Part shown: positions 1-10,724 of the stretch, in pieces | Layout: every line of letters starts with the position of its first letter | How positions within the stretch are numbered: position 1 is the stretch's first letter | Program-made: the position numbers and the translations under genes | Notes under the pieces: generated by a model | Seen by the model: only the letters and a program-made list of their open reading frames with translations | The model's database searches: none | Told to the model about the DNA's origin: nothing | Source of the DNA: Aulosira sp. ZfuVER01 | GTDB taxonomy: Bacteria; Cyanobacteriota; Cyanobacteriia; Cyanobacteriales; Nostocaceae | Assembly (NCBI GenBank): GCA_034530615.2 | Contig: JAVRCV020000063.1 | Span: forward strand, 8,976-72,975 | DNA: 64,000 nt | Direction: 5' to 3'

Positions 1-2
1 TT

Positions 3-524
3 GCTGGAGTTTTGGAATTATGCGGCTTGGCAACTTTGCTGATTGATTTGCTAACTCCCGAAGAAGAAGAACTCGATCTGCGAACAAGGCATTTAGGTTT
101 TGATATGAGGTTGTTAGCATCGCGGTTAGTTGGTGCTACAGATTGGTTGTTACAAAACTCAAATACTAGTCACCTGAACATAGGTTACTTTGGAGCTAGT
201 ACTGGAGGTGGTGCGGCGCTAGTTGCAGCCACAAAACGTCCAGAGGTAGTTAAGGCAGTTGTGACTCGTAGCGGACGCCTTGATTTAGCTGGTTTAGTAT
301 TACCTCAAGTTCAAGCACCAACGTTACTAATTGTAGGGGGCTACGATTTGCCAGCGATCGCAATGCATGAAGATGCACTAAAACAATTGCAGACAAAGAA
401 ACAGCTAGAGATTATTTCCAATGCTACCCATTTATTTCCCGAACCAGGGACGCTTGCAGAAGCGGCGCGAGTAGCAAGTGAATGGTTTAAATGCTACCTG
501 GTAGAAGACGCATCTCAAAACTAA
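3..524 (+). CDS. Dienelactone hydrolase-like alpha/beta hydrolase, 5' end outside window
   Basis: GYFGASTGGG nucleophile elbow, PTLLIVGG and ATHLF motifs; the frame is open to the window edge. Confidence 0.75.
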   Translation, partial: AGVLELCGLATLLIDLLTPEEEELDLRTRHLGFDMRLLASRLVGATDWLLQNSNTSHLNIGYFGASTGGGAALVAATKRPEVVKAVVTRSGRLDLAGLVLPQVQAPTLLIVGGYDLPAIAMHEDALKQLQTKKQLEIISNATHLFPEPGTLAEAARVASEWFKCYLVEDASQN

Positions 525-593
525 AATTCAAGTACCGCTTTGCATAAGTTTGTCAGTTTTTTAAACGCAAAGGATTGCAGCGGTTAGCGCAGC

Positions 594-727
594 GAAAAGT
601 TCCTCGAAGCCGGGTTTCCCGGCGTAGGAACGCCACTTTGCACAACGGGGAGGCAGCCGTGTGGGCGGGTTTCCCGACTTGAACGGACTGCCGTGGGAAC
701 CCCCGCAAGCAAGTGGCTCAACTTTTC
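594..727. repeat. Three nested hairpin-type dispersed repeats
   Basis: GAAAAGTT(594-601)...AACTTTTC(720-727) encloses GCCACTT...AAGTGGC, which encloses a 44-nt GGCAG...CTGCC unit (651-694). Confidence 0.65.
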
Positions 728-782
728 AAGACAGAGGAACGCAGAGGAAATTCACCACGAATTGATGAAATGGTGTACTAAG

Positions 783-1538
783 ATGGGCAAAAATCAGCGC
801 GATCGCACAGCCAAACTTTACCCAGCAGCACCACCAGGAGTTGTCTTTCACGTGCATGGAGTTGCTAAAATCTACCGCATGGGTGAGGTGGAAGTTCATG
901 CACTAAAGTCGGTTGACCTTGACCTTTATGAGGGAGAATTTGTCGTACTACTGGGGCCTTCAGGTAGTGGTAAGTCAACTCTGCTTAATATTCTGGGTGG
1001 TTTGGATGTGCCTTCTCAAGGTCATGTTTTTTTTGGCGATCGCGAGCTGACAAATGCTAGCGAGGCAGAACTTACCCGGTTTCGGCGCGACTGTGTGGGT
1101 TTTGTCTTTCAGTTCTACAATTTAATTCCCAGCCTCACCGCTAGAGAAAATGTCATGCTGGTGACAGATATTGCCCGTCATCCCATGCGTCCGGAGCAAG
1201 CTTTGGCTTTGGTAGGATTAAGCGATCGCCTGGATCATTTTCCCGCCCAAATGTCTGGTGGCGAACAGCAACGAGTAGCGATCGCCCGGGCTATTGCCAA
1301 GCGCCCGCAGGTATTGTTATGCGATGAACCCACAGGCGCGCTGGATTTTCAGACAGGTAAATTAGTATTAGCAGCCCTAGAACAAGTCAATCGTGAACTC
1401 GGTACAACAACTGTGGTAATTACACACAATGCAGGTATCGCAGCAATGGCAGATCGAGTGGTGACAATGCGTAGCGGTCAAATTGCCAAAGTACAGCAAA
1501 ATCAGCAAAAGCTGGCTCCTGAGGAATTAGAGTGGTAG
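783..1538 (+). CDS. ABC transporter ATP-binding protein (LolD/MacB-like)
   Basis: Walker [10 protein letters not shown], signature [14 protein letters not shown], Walker B LLCDEPT; start placed at ATG 783 because the upstream extension is repeat DNA. Confidence 0.9.
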   Translation: MGKNQRDRTAKLYPAAPPGVVFHVHGVAKIYRMGEVEVHALKSVDLDLYEGEFVVLLGPSGSGKSTLLNILGGLDVPSQGHVFFGDRELTNASEAELTRFRRDCVGFVFQFYNLIPSLTARENVMLVTDIARHPMRPEQALALVGLSDRLDHFPAQMSGGEQQRVAIARAIAKRPQVLLCDEPTGALDFQTGKLVLAALEQVNRELGTTTVVITHNAGIAAMADRVVTMRSGQIAKVQQNQQKLAPEELEW

Positions 1539-1734
1539 AAGGAGGCAGTCCCATTCATGAACAGGAGACGCGGAGACGCGGGGATACGGGGAAAAGATCA
1601 ATGATTCTTTCAAGTCAGTCAATCACGGGAAAAACCCACAACCAAACATAAAAATCTAATTCCCCGCTTCTCCCTGTCTCCGCGTCCGCATGTCTATCTC
1701 AAAGCTAAAACTGCCCTTTGCCTTCAACACATTC

Positions 1735-4101
1735 ATGAAAGCTACTGATATCAAACTGCTACGTGACCTCTGGCATTCTCGCGGTCAAATGATTGCGATC
1801 GCTTTGGTTGTGGCTTGCGGAATTGCTAGCTTTGTCTCGATGCTGAGTGCTTACGAATCCCTGAAGCTGTCCCAAACTACTTATTACCAAGAATATCGTT
1901 TTGCTCAGGTCTTCGCTCAACTCAAACGCGCCCCTGAATCCCTGAGAACGAAAATTGAGGAAATTCCGGGAGTAGCGCAGGTGCAAACACGGGTAGTAGC
2001 AGATGTTAGCCTCGATATTCCGGGCAGAAGTGAACCAGCGATCGGCAGGTTAATTTCCATACCTGAACGGCAAACACCCATACTCAATGACCTGTTTATC
2101 CGTCGGGGGCGCTATATCCAACCAGAGCGAGATAATGAAGTATTAATTAGTGAAAGCTTTGCCAAAGCCCATCGGCTAGATTTAGGCGATACGCTAGGTG
2201 CAGTGATTAATGGACGCTGGCAAAAATTACAAATTGTTGGGATAGCACTTTCACCAGAGTATGTCTACGCCATCCAAGGGACAGGTGATATTTTCCCAGA
2301 TAATCAGCGATTTGGCGTTTTTTGGATGGAACGCAAGGGACTAGGAACGGCCTTTGATATGGATGGGGCGTTTAATGATGTCACCCTAACACTGATGCGG
2401 GGAGCAATTGAGCCAGATGTAATTTTTCGCCTTGATAAATTGCTAGAAAGATATGGCGGATTTGGTGCTTACCTGCGCAAAGATCAGCTTTCTAACCGCT
2501 TTCTCTCAGAAGAAATTACCCAACTGCAAGGCACAGCAACTATAGTACCTTCAATTTTTTTGGCGATCGCTGCCTTTCTGCTGCACATTTTATTATCTCG
2601 CCTCATCGCTACCCAAAGAGATCAAATCGCTGTCCTTAAGGCTTTTGGCTACAACAATTTCAGCATTGGTTGGCATTACCTGAAGTTTGTCTTGGCAATT
2701 GTCTTTACAGGTGCAACCTTGGGAACGACTTTAGGACTGTGGTTTGGTTCGGCTATAACTCACAACTATGCCCGCTTTTTCTCTTTTCCCATTCTCCGCT
2801 ATCAAGTAGGCATAGCTGCGGCGATCGGGTCAATTCTCATTAGTGGTGGTGCAGCAGTAATTGGTGCTTTTATGGCTGTACAAAAAGCGGTTTCTCTCCC
2901 GCCAGCAGAAGCAATGCGTCCTGAACCACCCGCCCATTTTCGCCCCACCATAGCCGAACGCCTGGGATTTAGGCATCTTTTATCACCCACGGGTTTAATC
3001 GTACTGCGCAATCTAGAACGCAAACCAGTACAGGCAATTTTATCTACCGTAGGTGTAGCTTTAGCTGTGGCGATTTTAGTTGTTGGTCGCTATTCTACAG
3101 ATGCGATGCAACACATGATTGATGTACAGTTCCGCAATGTCCAGCGCGAAGATGTGACAATTGTTTTCAATCAGCCGCGTCCATCCCGTGTGAGGTATGA
3201 AGTTGCTCATTTACCTGGTGTTTTACACGCTGAACTATTCCGGGTAGTAGCCGCTAGGTTGCGATTTGAACACCGTACCTATCGCCTGGCAATTACTGGG
3301 TTAGAAGCAGGGGGAGAATTGCGGCGTTTGGTAAATCGGCAATTGCAGACTGTCTATTTACCCCCGAATGGCGTGGTATTAACAACAAAGTTAGCAGAAA
3401 TTCTCCGAGTAAAACCCGGTGATATGCTGATAGTAGAGGTGTTGGAAGGAGAAAGACCAACCCGCACCATTGCCGTAGTTGGCTTGGTAGATGAACTGAT
3501 TGGTGTGGCTGCATATATGGATATCCATGCTTTAAATCAGTTGATGCGTGAAGGCGGAACTGTCTCCGGCGCTTATCTGGCTGCTGATGCGTTGCAAATC
3601 AATCGCTTGTATTCTTTATTAAAACGCACGCCCGGAGTTACAGGCGTGTCTGTGCGAGAAATGGCGATCGCGCGTTTTCAAGAAACTATTGCTGGTAGTC
3701 TCGGTATTTTTACAACTGTATTGGTAATTTTTGCTGGCATTATCGCTTTTGGTGTGATTTACAACGCCGCCCGTATTGCCTTATCAGAACGCAGTCGGGA
3801 ATTAGCAACTTTACGGGTAATTGGTTTTACGCAAGCTGAGATTGCATTTATCCTCCTCAACGAACAAGCTGTATTAACTCTTGCAGCTATTCCCTTAGGG
3901 TTTGCGATCGGATTTGGCTTGTGTGCTTTGATGTCTATTGGTTATAACTCAGAACTTTATCGCTTTCCCTTATATGTCACTAAAGCAAGCTTTGCCTTTG
4001 CTTTTATTTATGTAGCAATTTCGGCGGTAATTTCTGGGTTAATTGTCCGTCGCCAGCTTGTTCATTTGGATTTAGTTGCTGTATTGAAAACGAGGGAATG
4101 A
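1735..4101 (+). CDS. ABC transporter permease with duplicated MacB/FtsX-like domains
   Basis: Two FtsX-like halves (QRDQIAVLKAFG; ERSRELATLRVIGF) with multiple TM segments; follows the ATPase gene. Confidence 0.88.
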   Translation: MKATDIKLLRDLWHSRGQMIAIALVVACGIASFVSMLSAYESLKLSQTTYYQEYRFAQVFAQLKRAPESLRTKIEEIPGVAQVQTRVVADVSLDIPGRSEPAIGRLISIPERQTPILNDLFIRRGRYIQPERDNEVLISESFAKAHRLDLGDTLGAVINGRWQKLQIVGIALSPEYVYAIQGTGDIFPDNQRFGVFWMERKGLGTAFDMDGAFNDVTLTLMRGAIEPDVIFRLDKLLERYGGFGAYLRKDQLSNRFLSEEITQLQGTATIVPSIFLAIAAFLLHILLSRLIATQRDQIAVLKAFGYNNFSIGWHYLKFVLAIVFTGATLGTTLGLWFGSAITHNYARFFSFPILRYQVGIAAAIGSILISGGAAVIGAFMAVQKAVSLPPAEAMRPEPPAHFRPTIAERLGFRHLLSPTGLIVLRNLERKPVQAILSTVGVALAVAILVVGRYSTDAMQHMIDVQFRNVQREDVTIVFNQPRPSRVRYEVAHLPGVLHAELFRVVAARLRFEHRTYRLAITGLEAGGELRRLVNRQLQTVYLPPNGVVLTTKLAEILRVKPGDMLIVEVLEGERPTRTIAVVGLVDELIGVAAYMDIHALNQLMREGGTVSGAYLAADALQINRLYSLLKRTPGVTGVSVREMAIARFQETIAGSLGIFTTVLVIFAGIIAFGVIYNAARIALSERSRELATLRVIGFTQAEIAFILLNEQAVLTLAAIPLGFAIGFGLCALMSIGYNSELYRFPLYVTKASFAFAFIYVAISAVISGLIVRRQLVHLDLVAVLKTRE

Positions 4102-4280
4102 ATTGAAGAAGGCAGTCCCGATGAAACAAGTTTCACCGCCAAGCATGAAAGAGGGACATGGGGACGCGGGGACGCGGGGAAGTGGCAAATTATTCTTTCA
4201 AGTCAGAGGGCAGAAGGCACAAGGTTTTTGAGGGATTCCCAACCAATAACGCAGCTAATTAATTATTAGGAATAATTGCT

Positions 4281-4838
4281 GTGAAAGACTTAAACTTATA
4301 TTACAAAAACGAGCATAATATCTATTTAATTGAAATTCGTCTGGGTAATATTAGCCAAATATTTAACTCATTCGATCCTTCGCCATTTTTAGAAAAAGAC
4401 CTTGATGAAGATGCCGAATCTTATATTGTCCAGTCGGTTAGTGAATTCCAACTGAAAACTCCTCTGAAATTAGTTTTTTATCTACCTCAACAGTTTCACG
4501 AAAAAGCAATGCAGATTCTACCAGAAGCTATTCATAACTATTTTGATTACAAAAAAAATAATGCTGCCACAGAACTGCGTCTGGTTCTCCGTCAAGGTCG
4601 TCTTTCTTTAATGATTGGTTTGTTATTTTTAGGTGTGTGTATTAGTGTGAGCAAACTAGTTATGCTATTAGGTAATGGAATGTTTGCGAATATCGTTACA
4701 GAAGGACTTTTGATTCTGGGTTGGGTAGCAATGTGGCGACCTTTAGAAATGTTTCTTTATGATTGGTGGCCGATCCATCGCACTCAACAAGTGTTTGAGA
4801 AACTTAGTTGCATGACAATTGAAATTCGGATTTTATAA
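4281..4838 (+). CDS. Hypothetical membrane protein
   Basis: 185-aa ORF with a DPSPFLEKDLD motif and two C-terminal hydrophobic helices (GWVAMWRP). Confidence 0.7.
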   Translation: MKDLNLYYKNEHNIYLIEIRLGNISQIFNSFDPSPFLEKDLDEDAESYIVQSVSEFQLKTPLKLVFYLPQQFHEKAMQILPEAIHNYFDYKKNNAATELRLVLRQGRLSLMIGLLFLGVCISVSKLVMLLGNGMFANIVTEGLLILGWVAMWRPLEMFLYDWWPIHRTQQVFEKLSCMTIEIRIL

Positions 4839-4866
4839 TTATACTTTCTGTATAGTTACTAATTAT

Positions 4867-5337
4867 ATGAAAATAAGATTGTTTCATCAGCAAGATGCCG
4901 AGCAAATAGCACAATTATTTCACGAAACAGTGCGTGAAGTTAATATTAGCGACTACTCAAACAATCAAGTCGCAGCCTGGGCACCAGATAATCTATATTT
5001 TAGAGATTGGGCAAAAATTTGCTCAGAAAGATTCACTTATGTTGCTGACGATCGAGGTGTGATTGCAGGTTTTGGTGAATTAGAGTCAAACGGGCATATA
5101 GACTGCTTCTACTGCCATAAAAATTATCAACGAATGGGTGTTGGTAGCCAGATTTATGCTGCAATCGAAGCAAAAGCTGATGAATTAGGAATTAATCGCT
5201 TATACGTTGAAGCAAGCATTACCGCCAAGCCTTTCTTCTTGCGCAAAGGATTCTCCATCATCAACGAACAACAGGTAGAACGTAGAGGAGAAACCTTTAT
5301 TAATTATCTAATGGAAAAGTTTTTAATTCCCCAATGA
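4867..5337 (+). CDS. GNAT family N-acetyltransferase (YafP-like)
   Basis: Acetyl-CoA motif YQRMGVGS and EASITAKPFFLRKGF. Confidence 0.85.
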   Translation: MKIRLFHQQDAEQIAQLFHETVREVNISDYSNNQVAAWAPDNLYFRDWAKICSERFTYVADDRGVIAGFGELESNGHIDCFYCHKNYQRMGVGSQIYAAIEAKADELGINRLYVEASITAKPFFLRKGFSIINEQQVERRGETFINYLMEKFLIPQ

Positions 5338-5413
5338 CAAATTCATTTAACAAACCTCCGCGTCCCTCCGCGCGTACTCTGCGTCACTCTGCGTTAAAAA
5401 AGTCTTCTTTCTT

Positions 5414-6790
5414 ATGAAACTATTACCTTTCCGCGACGAAGTTAAAGACTTAAGAAAGCGCCTCCCAACAATCTCACCAAAATTGTTGATTTATTCAGCG
5501 ATCGCTCTGGGAACCACAATCTTAATAATCTGGGCTTTCCGTCCGGCTCCAATTGCAGTAGATACTGGGCGTGTCAGTCGCGGTGATTTGCAGGTGACAG
5601 TGAATGCAGAAGGTAAAACCAGAGTACGCGATCGCTTTGTAGTTTCCGCCCCCGTTGATGGTCGTCTAGCGCGGATTGAATTAGATGAGGGAGATACAGT
5701 CAAACCAGGAACCATCGTCGCCCGGATTGACCCTCTACCGTTGAATTCCTCAGTAAAACAAGCTTTAGCACAGTTAGCTGAATGGCAAGCGCAACGCGCT
5801 GGCGTAGCCACCCAGCGACCCAAACAAGCCACCCTAGAACAAGCACAGAAGCGCATCCGAGCAGCTGAAGCATTACAGAAGCAAGCAGTTGCCAAAGTGT
5901 CTCAAGCGCAAGCAGCACTCACCCAAGCACAACGCGATCGCCAGCGCGCCCAACAATTACAATCTACAGGCGTCATCTCTCGCAAAGAACGGGAAACCGC
6001 AGAATTGAATGCAACCACGCAGCTTAAAGAATTTCAAGCGGCAGAATTAGCAGCAAAAGCCGCCGCCGCAGAGGTTGAGCAAGCACGCGCCGCCCTGGCT
6101 GTATTGCAAGCACAACAAAGCGACCCAGATTATTTACTGCGAGTCTACGATGCGCGCATTGCTAATGTTGAGGCGGAACTATCCAAGCTGAAAGATGAAA
6201 CAGCGCGTACCGTAATACGCTCCCCCGATCGCGGTCAAGTGCTGCGGATACTGCAAAAAAGCGCTCAGTATGTCACATCTGGAACTCCTTTAATCGAGGT
6301 AGGGGATGTTTCTCGCTTGGAACTAGTAATTGATGTACTTTCCAGCGATGCGGTCAAGATTAAGCCAGGTAATCCCATCCTCATCGATCGGGGAACAGAC
6401 ACTCAACCACTGCGAGCGAAAGTTAGGCTGGTGGAACCCTCAGCTTTTACCAAAGTTTCTGCCCTTGGGGTAGAAGAACAACGAGTCAATGCGATCGCTG
6501 ATTTTGTAGACTCACCCGACTCCTTCGGTGATGCCTACCGCGTCGATGTCAAAATCGTCATTTGGGAAGGTAAAAATATCTTAAAAGTACCACTGAGTGC
6601 TTTGTTCCGCTGTGAAAAATCTTGGTGTGTCTTTACAGTTAAGGATAGTAAAGCATCTCGCCGTTTAGTTGCAGTCGGTCAACGCAGCGACTTTGAGGGA
6701 GAGATTCGCCAAGGACTTCAGCAAAATCAAGTGGTGATTCTCCATCCCTCAGAACAAATTAAAGAAGGTAGCCGAGTTACCCCTAATTAG
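5414..6790 (+). CDS. Efflux periplasmic adaptor / membrane fusion protein (HlyD family)
   Basis: N-terminal TM, lipoyl-like VSAPVDGRL...EGDTVKPG, long coiled coil, SALGVEEQRV. Confidence 0.88.
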   Translation: MKLLPFRDEVKDLRKRLPTISPKLLIYSAIALGTTILIIWAFRPAPIAVDTGRVSRGDLQVTVNAEGKTRVRDRFVVSAPVDGRLARIELDEGDTVKPGTIVARIDPLPLNSSVKQALAQLAEWQAQRAGVATQRPKQATLEQAQKRIRAAEALQKQAVAKVSQAQAALTQAQRDRQRAQQLQSTGVISRKERETAELNATTQLKEFQAAELAAKAAAAEVEQARAALAVLQAQQSDPDYLLRVYDARIANVEAELSKLKDETARTVIRSPDRGQVLRILQKSAQYVTSGTPLIEVGDVSRLELVIDVLSSDAVKIKPGNPILIDRGTDTQPLRAKVRLVEPSAFTKVSALGVEEQRVNAIADFVDSPDSFGDAYRVDVKIVIWEGKNILKVPLSALFRCEKSWCVFTVKDSKASRRLVAVGQRSDFEGEIRQGLQQNQVVILHPSEQIKEGSRVTPN

Positions 6791-6818
6791 AGATTGTAAT
6801 CTTCTTGAGAAGATCTAG

Positions 6819-7370
6819 TTAAGCTCGTTTCCCAAGGGAAAATGCCGGACGTTCAGACAAGCGTTTGACATAATCCAATACGGCTGGATAAGCACTCAGA
6901 TCTAGCTTCAGCAGGAGCGAAGCATAACTTAATATAGATCCCACAGCTACATCAGCAACAGTAAATTCATTACCCAGTAAAAAAGGTTGCTGCTCAAAAA
7001 TGTTATTTAAGGGAGTTAACAAACGAGGCATTTCCCGTTCTCGATTCTCTTCTCCAAAAAGTCCCGGCCCCAAAGTAGCATTAGCAAACAATACCCACTG
7101 CGACAAAACACCACGCAACTCCGGTGAAAGTGCTGTTTTGCCATATTTATCGGCAAGATACAACAAAATTGCTCCTGATTCCCAAAGCTGAAAGTCCCCA
7201 TCTACTACTGCTGGAACTTTGCCCATTGGGTTAATTTTCAAATACTCAGGCTGAAGATGTTCACCTGATTGCATATCTAGGAGCACAAATTCGTAGGGAA
7301 TTGCCAATTCTTCTAAATACCACTCGATGATTGACGCACGACTACGAGTACCACCGTAAAGTTTCAGCAT
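6819..7370 (-). CDS. Glutathione S-transferase
   Basis: INPMGKVP, LWESGAILLYL and FTVADV motifs. Confidence 0.92.
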   Translation of the reverse strand: MLKLYGGTRSRASIIEWYLEELAIPYEFVLLDMQSGEHLQPEYLKINPMGKVPAVVDGDFQLWESGAILLYLADKYGKTALSPELRGVLSQWVLFANATLGPGLFGEENREREMPRLLTPLNNIFEQQPFLLGNEFTVADVAVGSILSYASLLLKLDLSAYPAVLDYVKRLSERPAFSLGKRA

Positions 7371-7678
7371 AATTACTTTAGATTCAAGAACTTTGTAAGT
7401 GTGGGAATGCTTTTTAATGTTAACTTTTGTTTTGACCTAGTTACTATTGTGATTCTCAATTCATTGTTTTTGTGACTGGAGATAGAACTTGAGCACAATT
7501 TTCTAGCTGGTTGCGCTTTACAGATAATCTCGCAGCACGCCTGCACCAAAAACTGTAGGCATTGGCAGGTTGCAGTGGTTAACATTGTGGGTGAAAAATA
7601 ATGTTGGGTTTCTGAGCATCAATTTAACCCACCAGAACAGCGATCGCACTTTATCCCTTGACTCTGAGCCAGCAAACA

Positions 7679-8497
7679 ATGAGCAACCTGAACTATAGCA
7701 ACCAGATATTGCACGATCGCTCTTTCAAAGGGCAGGACTTATCTGGTGCAGATTTCAGTGGTGCAGACTTGCGGGGGTGCAATTTTACAGGCGCAACCTT
7801 AATTGGAGCAAACTTTCAGCAGGTGAAAACAGGACAGAGCCAGCGCCAAGTACGTATGTTAGTTGTTAGCACTATAGTCAGTCCAGTGGTTTTATGCGGC
7901 TCTGGTGCGCTCTTTGTGTATCTATTAAGTTTATTGTTGAGCGATCGCGCCATCAACTTCTTAATCGGTTCGCTTCCGGTATTATTTTTTTTTGCTGAGA
8001 TTTTCCTCAGAGATAGTATTAACTTTCACTTTCCCCAAGCCACAACTTTCTTTGGTATAGGAGCTATTAGTATACTATTTGCAGTCATGGTCGCGCTCAC
8101 CATCGGACTTGCTTGTATTGGCTTCTCTGGCTTTGGTAATGGATCTAGCGCTCAAGGATTTTTCTTCTTAATCATGGCGGTTGTTTCTGCGATCGTCACT
8201 TTCCGGATTTTTCAATGGCTGATCCAATCTATTCAAAGTCATCCCGGAACATCTTTTAGAAAAGCGAACTTAACCGATGCAGACTTTAGTTATTCTGAAC
8301 TTAAAAATACAGATTTTTCCCTTGCAGTGTTGACGGGAATCTGTATTTTTAAGTGGGCGATCAAACCTTATACCGATTTTACAAATGTTTATTGTAAATA
8401 TCTTTATTTAGAACCAGAGCAGCAAAATCGCCAACCTGCTGAAGGGAATTTTCAAGCAAATGAATTGGAACGGGTACTAACTCAATTTAGAAGATGA
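7679..8497 (+). CDS. Pentapeptide-repeat membrane protein
   Basis: A(D/N)LXX repeats at both ends flanking about four TM helices; GTSFRKANLTDADF. Confidence 0.8.
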   Translation: MSNLNYSNQILHDRSFKGQDLSGADFSGADLRGCNFTGATLIGANFQQVKTGQSQRQVRMLVVSTIVSPVVLCGSGALFVYLLSLLLSDRAINFLIGSLPVLFFFAEIFLRDSINFHFPQATTFFGIGAISILFAVMVALTIGLACIGFSGFGNGSSAQGFFFLIMAVVSAIVTFRIFQWLIQSIQSHPGTSFRKANLTDADFSYSELKNTDFSLAVLTGICIFKWAIKPYTDFTNVYCKYLYLEPEQQNRQPAEGNFQANELERVLTQFRR

Positions 8498-8729
8498 ATA
8501 TAGAAATTGTATTTGAGTGGTGAAATTAGTTGTGGAGGCAGACAATAAAAGTTACTAGGCAGATGCTTGGAGATTGCTACCCTAAGTATGAGCTTTGTTG
8601 TCTAATGTAGATATTGATACAATCCATTTAGAGCAGTTGGAATGAGTTTAAGCGTTACTGTTTAAGCAAACTAGATTCGTATTCGACGTTTGCCGCTGTT
8701 ACATAATATCGAACTTTTCATTAATACAG

Positions 8730-10484
8730 ATGATACAGTTAGTATTTTTTGTAAAATTAGTTAATCCTGTCTCTGCACATGTATATGATAATGAAAATGT
8801 TAAATTCAGGATACTTTTACCAATGAACAAATCTTTAAAAAAGGCAAATCTAAAAAATTCACTCTTACAAGTCTTTACCAGAAGAAGTACTGTTAAAGGG
8901 TTTTGCCAAATATTTATTGCTTTGGTCTTTACTTCTACTATATTTATAGTAATACCCTATTGGGAACCACAAACAAAAAATGAAAAAGGAGAACTAGTCT
9001 GTCAGGGACAGAAAGTTGCTACTGAAGATTTTATTTGTAGGATTGGTAATTCTAAATTATTGCAACAAATTCAAAACTTCAGCGTTATTTTTGTCGCATT
9101 TTTATTTATTTTAGATACCTTTGAACGCAAGAAACGGGCATACCGTGAGGCATGGAGTTTGATAGATGGAGCTAGAGATTCTGAAACGAGTGGAGCCAGA
9201 ATTTTAGCTCTCAAGGAGTTACAAGAAGATAAAGTTTCTTTGAGAGGGCTAGATGCAGAAAAGGCAGATTTGATGGAAATTAATTTGCAAGGAGCTTTTT
9301 TGGAAAAAGCAAATCTTCGAGGTGCTCTACTTCAACGTATTAACTTAATAAGTGCTAACGTACAAGATTCTGATTTTCGAGAAGCTAACCTGCAAGAAGC
9401 AAAGCTACAGAAGGCTAACCTACGCAGGGTTAAGCTGCAAAGAGCTAAGTTAAATAAAGCTGAGCTTCAGGGTGCAATACTTAGTGGAGCAAATATGCAA
9501 AAAGCAACTTTAGAAGAGACTCAACTGCAAGAAGCTGATTTATCAGGCGTTGACTTTCGAGAGGCAGATTTATGGAGAGCCAATCTTAGCGGAGCTAATA
9601 TAGAATCTGCGATATTTACAGGTGCTAAAAAATTGGATATAGCTCAAGTTCAAAAAGCTAAGAATTGGGAAAAAGCTATATATGGAAAAGACTTTGCCCC
9701 TGAACTAGAGAAATCATTGTTAAGACGAGATTATCCAAGTGAACTAAATATCGAACAATTAAACCAAAAAACAGGAGAAAATGATTTATTACAATCTTTT
9801 ATCAAGCTATTTATGCTATCTGAATCAAGTAACATTCAAGCAATATTAGAATTGCGGAGAAAACTTGATACAGCTATTGAATTGCTGACAATCAATCAAC
9901 CCTTATCTGCTCAGGATAGTGTACAATTAGAATCCATCGTCACAGAAGTAGTTTCGGAATGGTTAAAAGCTAAGAATGCTACTCCTAGAGATGTAGAAGA
10001 TGAACTCAGGGATAAGTTACAGAATTTTCAAGATATTGGCGAGAATGCTAGAAAGAAACTTGAAAAGGAACAGGAGTTTGATCTTAGCGCTAGCGAATGG
10101 TTAAAAATTAGATATGTCAATTTGAAAGATTTAGGAATTAGAGGTTTTCTGAATAAACATCCAGAGATGACAAAGCCAGGAGCTTTGCTTTATTCACCCG
10201 ATCAAATTAATCAACTTAGTGACGATATTGGGAATTGCTTAAATCTTTTAGTAGAAAGCCTTGCCGCACATAACCTTCCTTCTATTGCTAAGGGAACTAT
10301 GCTGAAAATGCCTAAATCAATATACTTGGGTGTACTTCGCGAGATTTGGGAAGAGGTGATGCCAAAATTTATAGAAATTAAAATGGAAAATGAATCAGAA
10401 CCACTATCTGATGGAGCGTTTGAACGATTAAAAGGATATTTCTTTATTCTAAGAAATCAAATCAATCAACTTCAAGACGAATAA
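8730..10484 (+). CDS. Pentapeptide-repeat protein with N-terminal TM segments and unknown C-terminal domain (start uncertain)
   Basis: SGARILALKEL motif followed by a long run of pentapeptide repeats and AKNWEKAIY. Confidence 0.8.
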   Translation: MIQLVFFVKLVNPVSAHVYDNENVKFRILLPMNKSLKKANLKNSLLQVFTRRSTVKGFCQIFIALVFTSTIFIVIPYWEPQTKNEKGELVCQGQKVATEDFICRIGNSKLLQQIQNFSVIFVAFLFILDTFERKKRAYREAWSLIDGARDSETSGARILALKELQEDKVSLRGLDAEKADLMEINLQGAFLEKANLRGALLQRINLISANVQDSDFREANLQEAKLQKANLRRVKLQRAKLNKAELQGAILSGANMQKATLEETQLQEADLSGVDFREADLWRANLSGANIESAIFTGAKKLDIAQVQKAKNWEKAIYGKDFAPELEKSLLRRDYPSELNIEQLNQKTGENDLLQSFIKLFMLSESSNIQAILELRRKLDTAIELLTINQPLSAQDSVQLESIVTEVVSEWLKAKNATPRDVEDELRDKLQNFQDIGENARKKLEKEQEFDLSASEWLKIRYVNLKDLGIRGFLNKHPEMTKPGALLYSPDQINQLSDDIGNCLNLLVESLAAHNLPSIAKGTMLKMPKSIYLGVLREIWEEVMPKFIEIKMENESEPLSDGAFERLKGYFFILRNQINQLQDE

Positions 10485-10724
10485 TGCATAATATATAAAA
10501 ATATTCAGGCAATCTCTATCAGAGAGATATTTGTTTTGAGCAATTGAACCAGATATTAACTTCATATCTGAAATATCTTAAAAGCGCAAAATGCACTTTC
10601 GGCTTTTGCGAATTTGTGCATAGCCTTCTTGGGAAGAAAGCTATGCTATCTTTCTTCCCTTAACCAACATCAAAAAATTCCCGATTTAAAAGTTGCAAAA
10701 TTATAGATAAACAGAATATCTTGT

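Noticed and set aside
693..782. N-terminal extension of the ABC ATPase in the ORF track
   Set aside because: It is translated from the nested repeat DNA; ATG 783 is the more plausible start.
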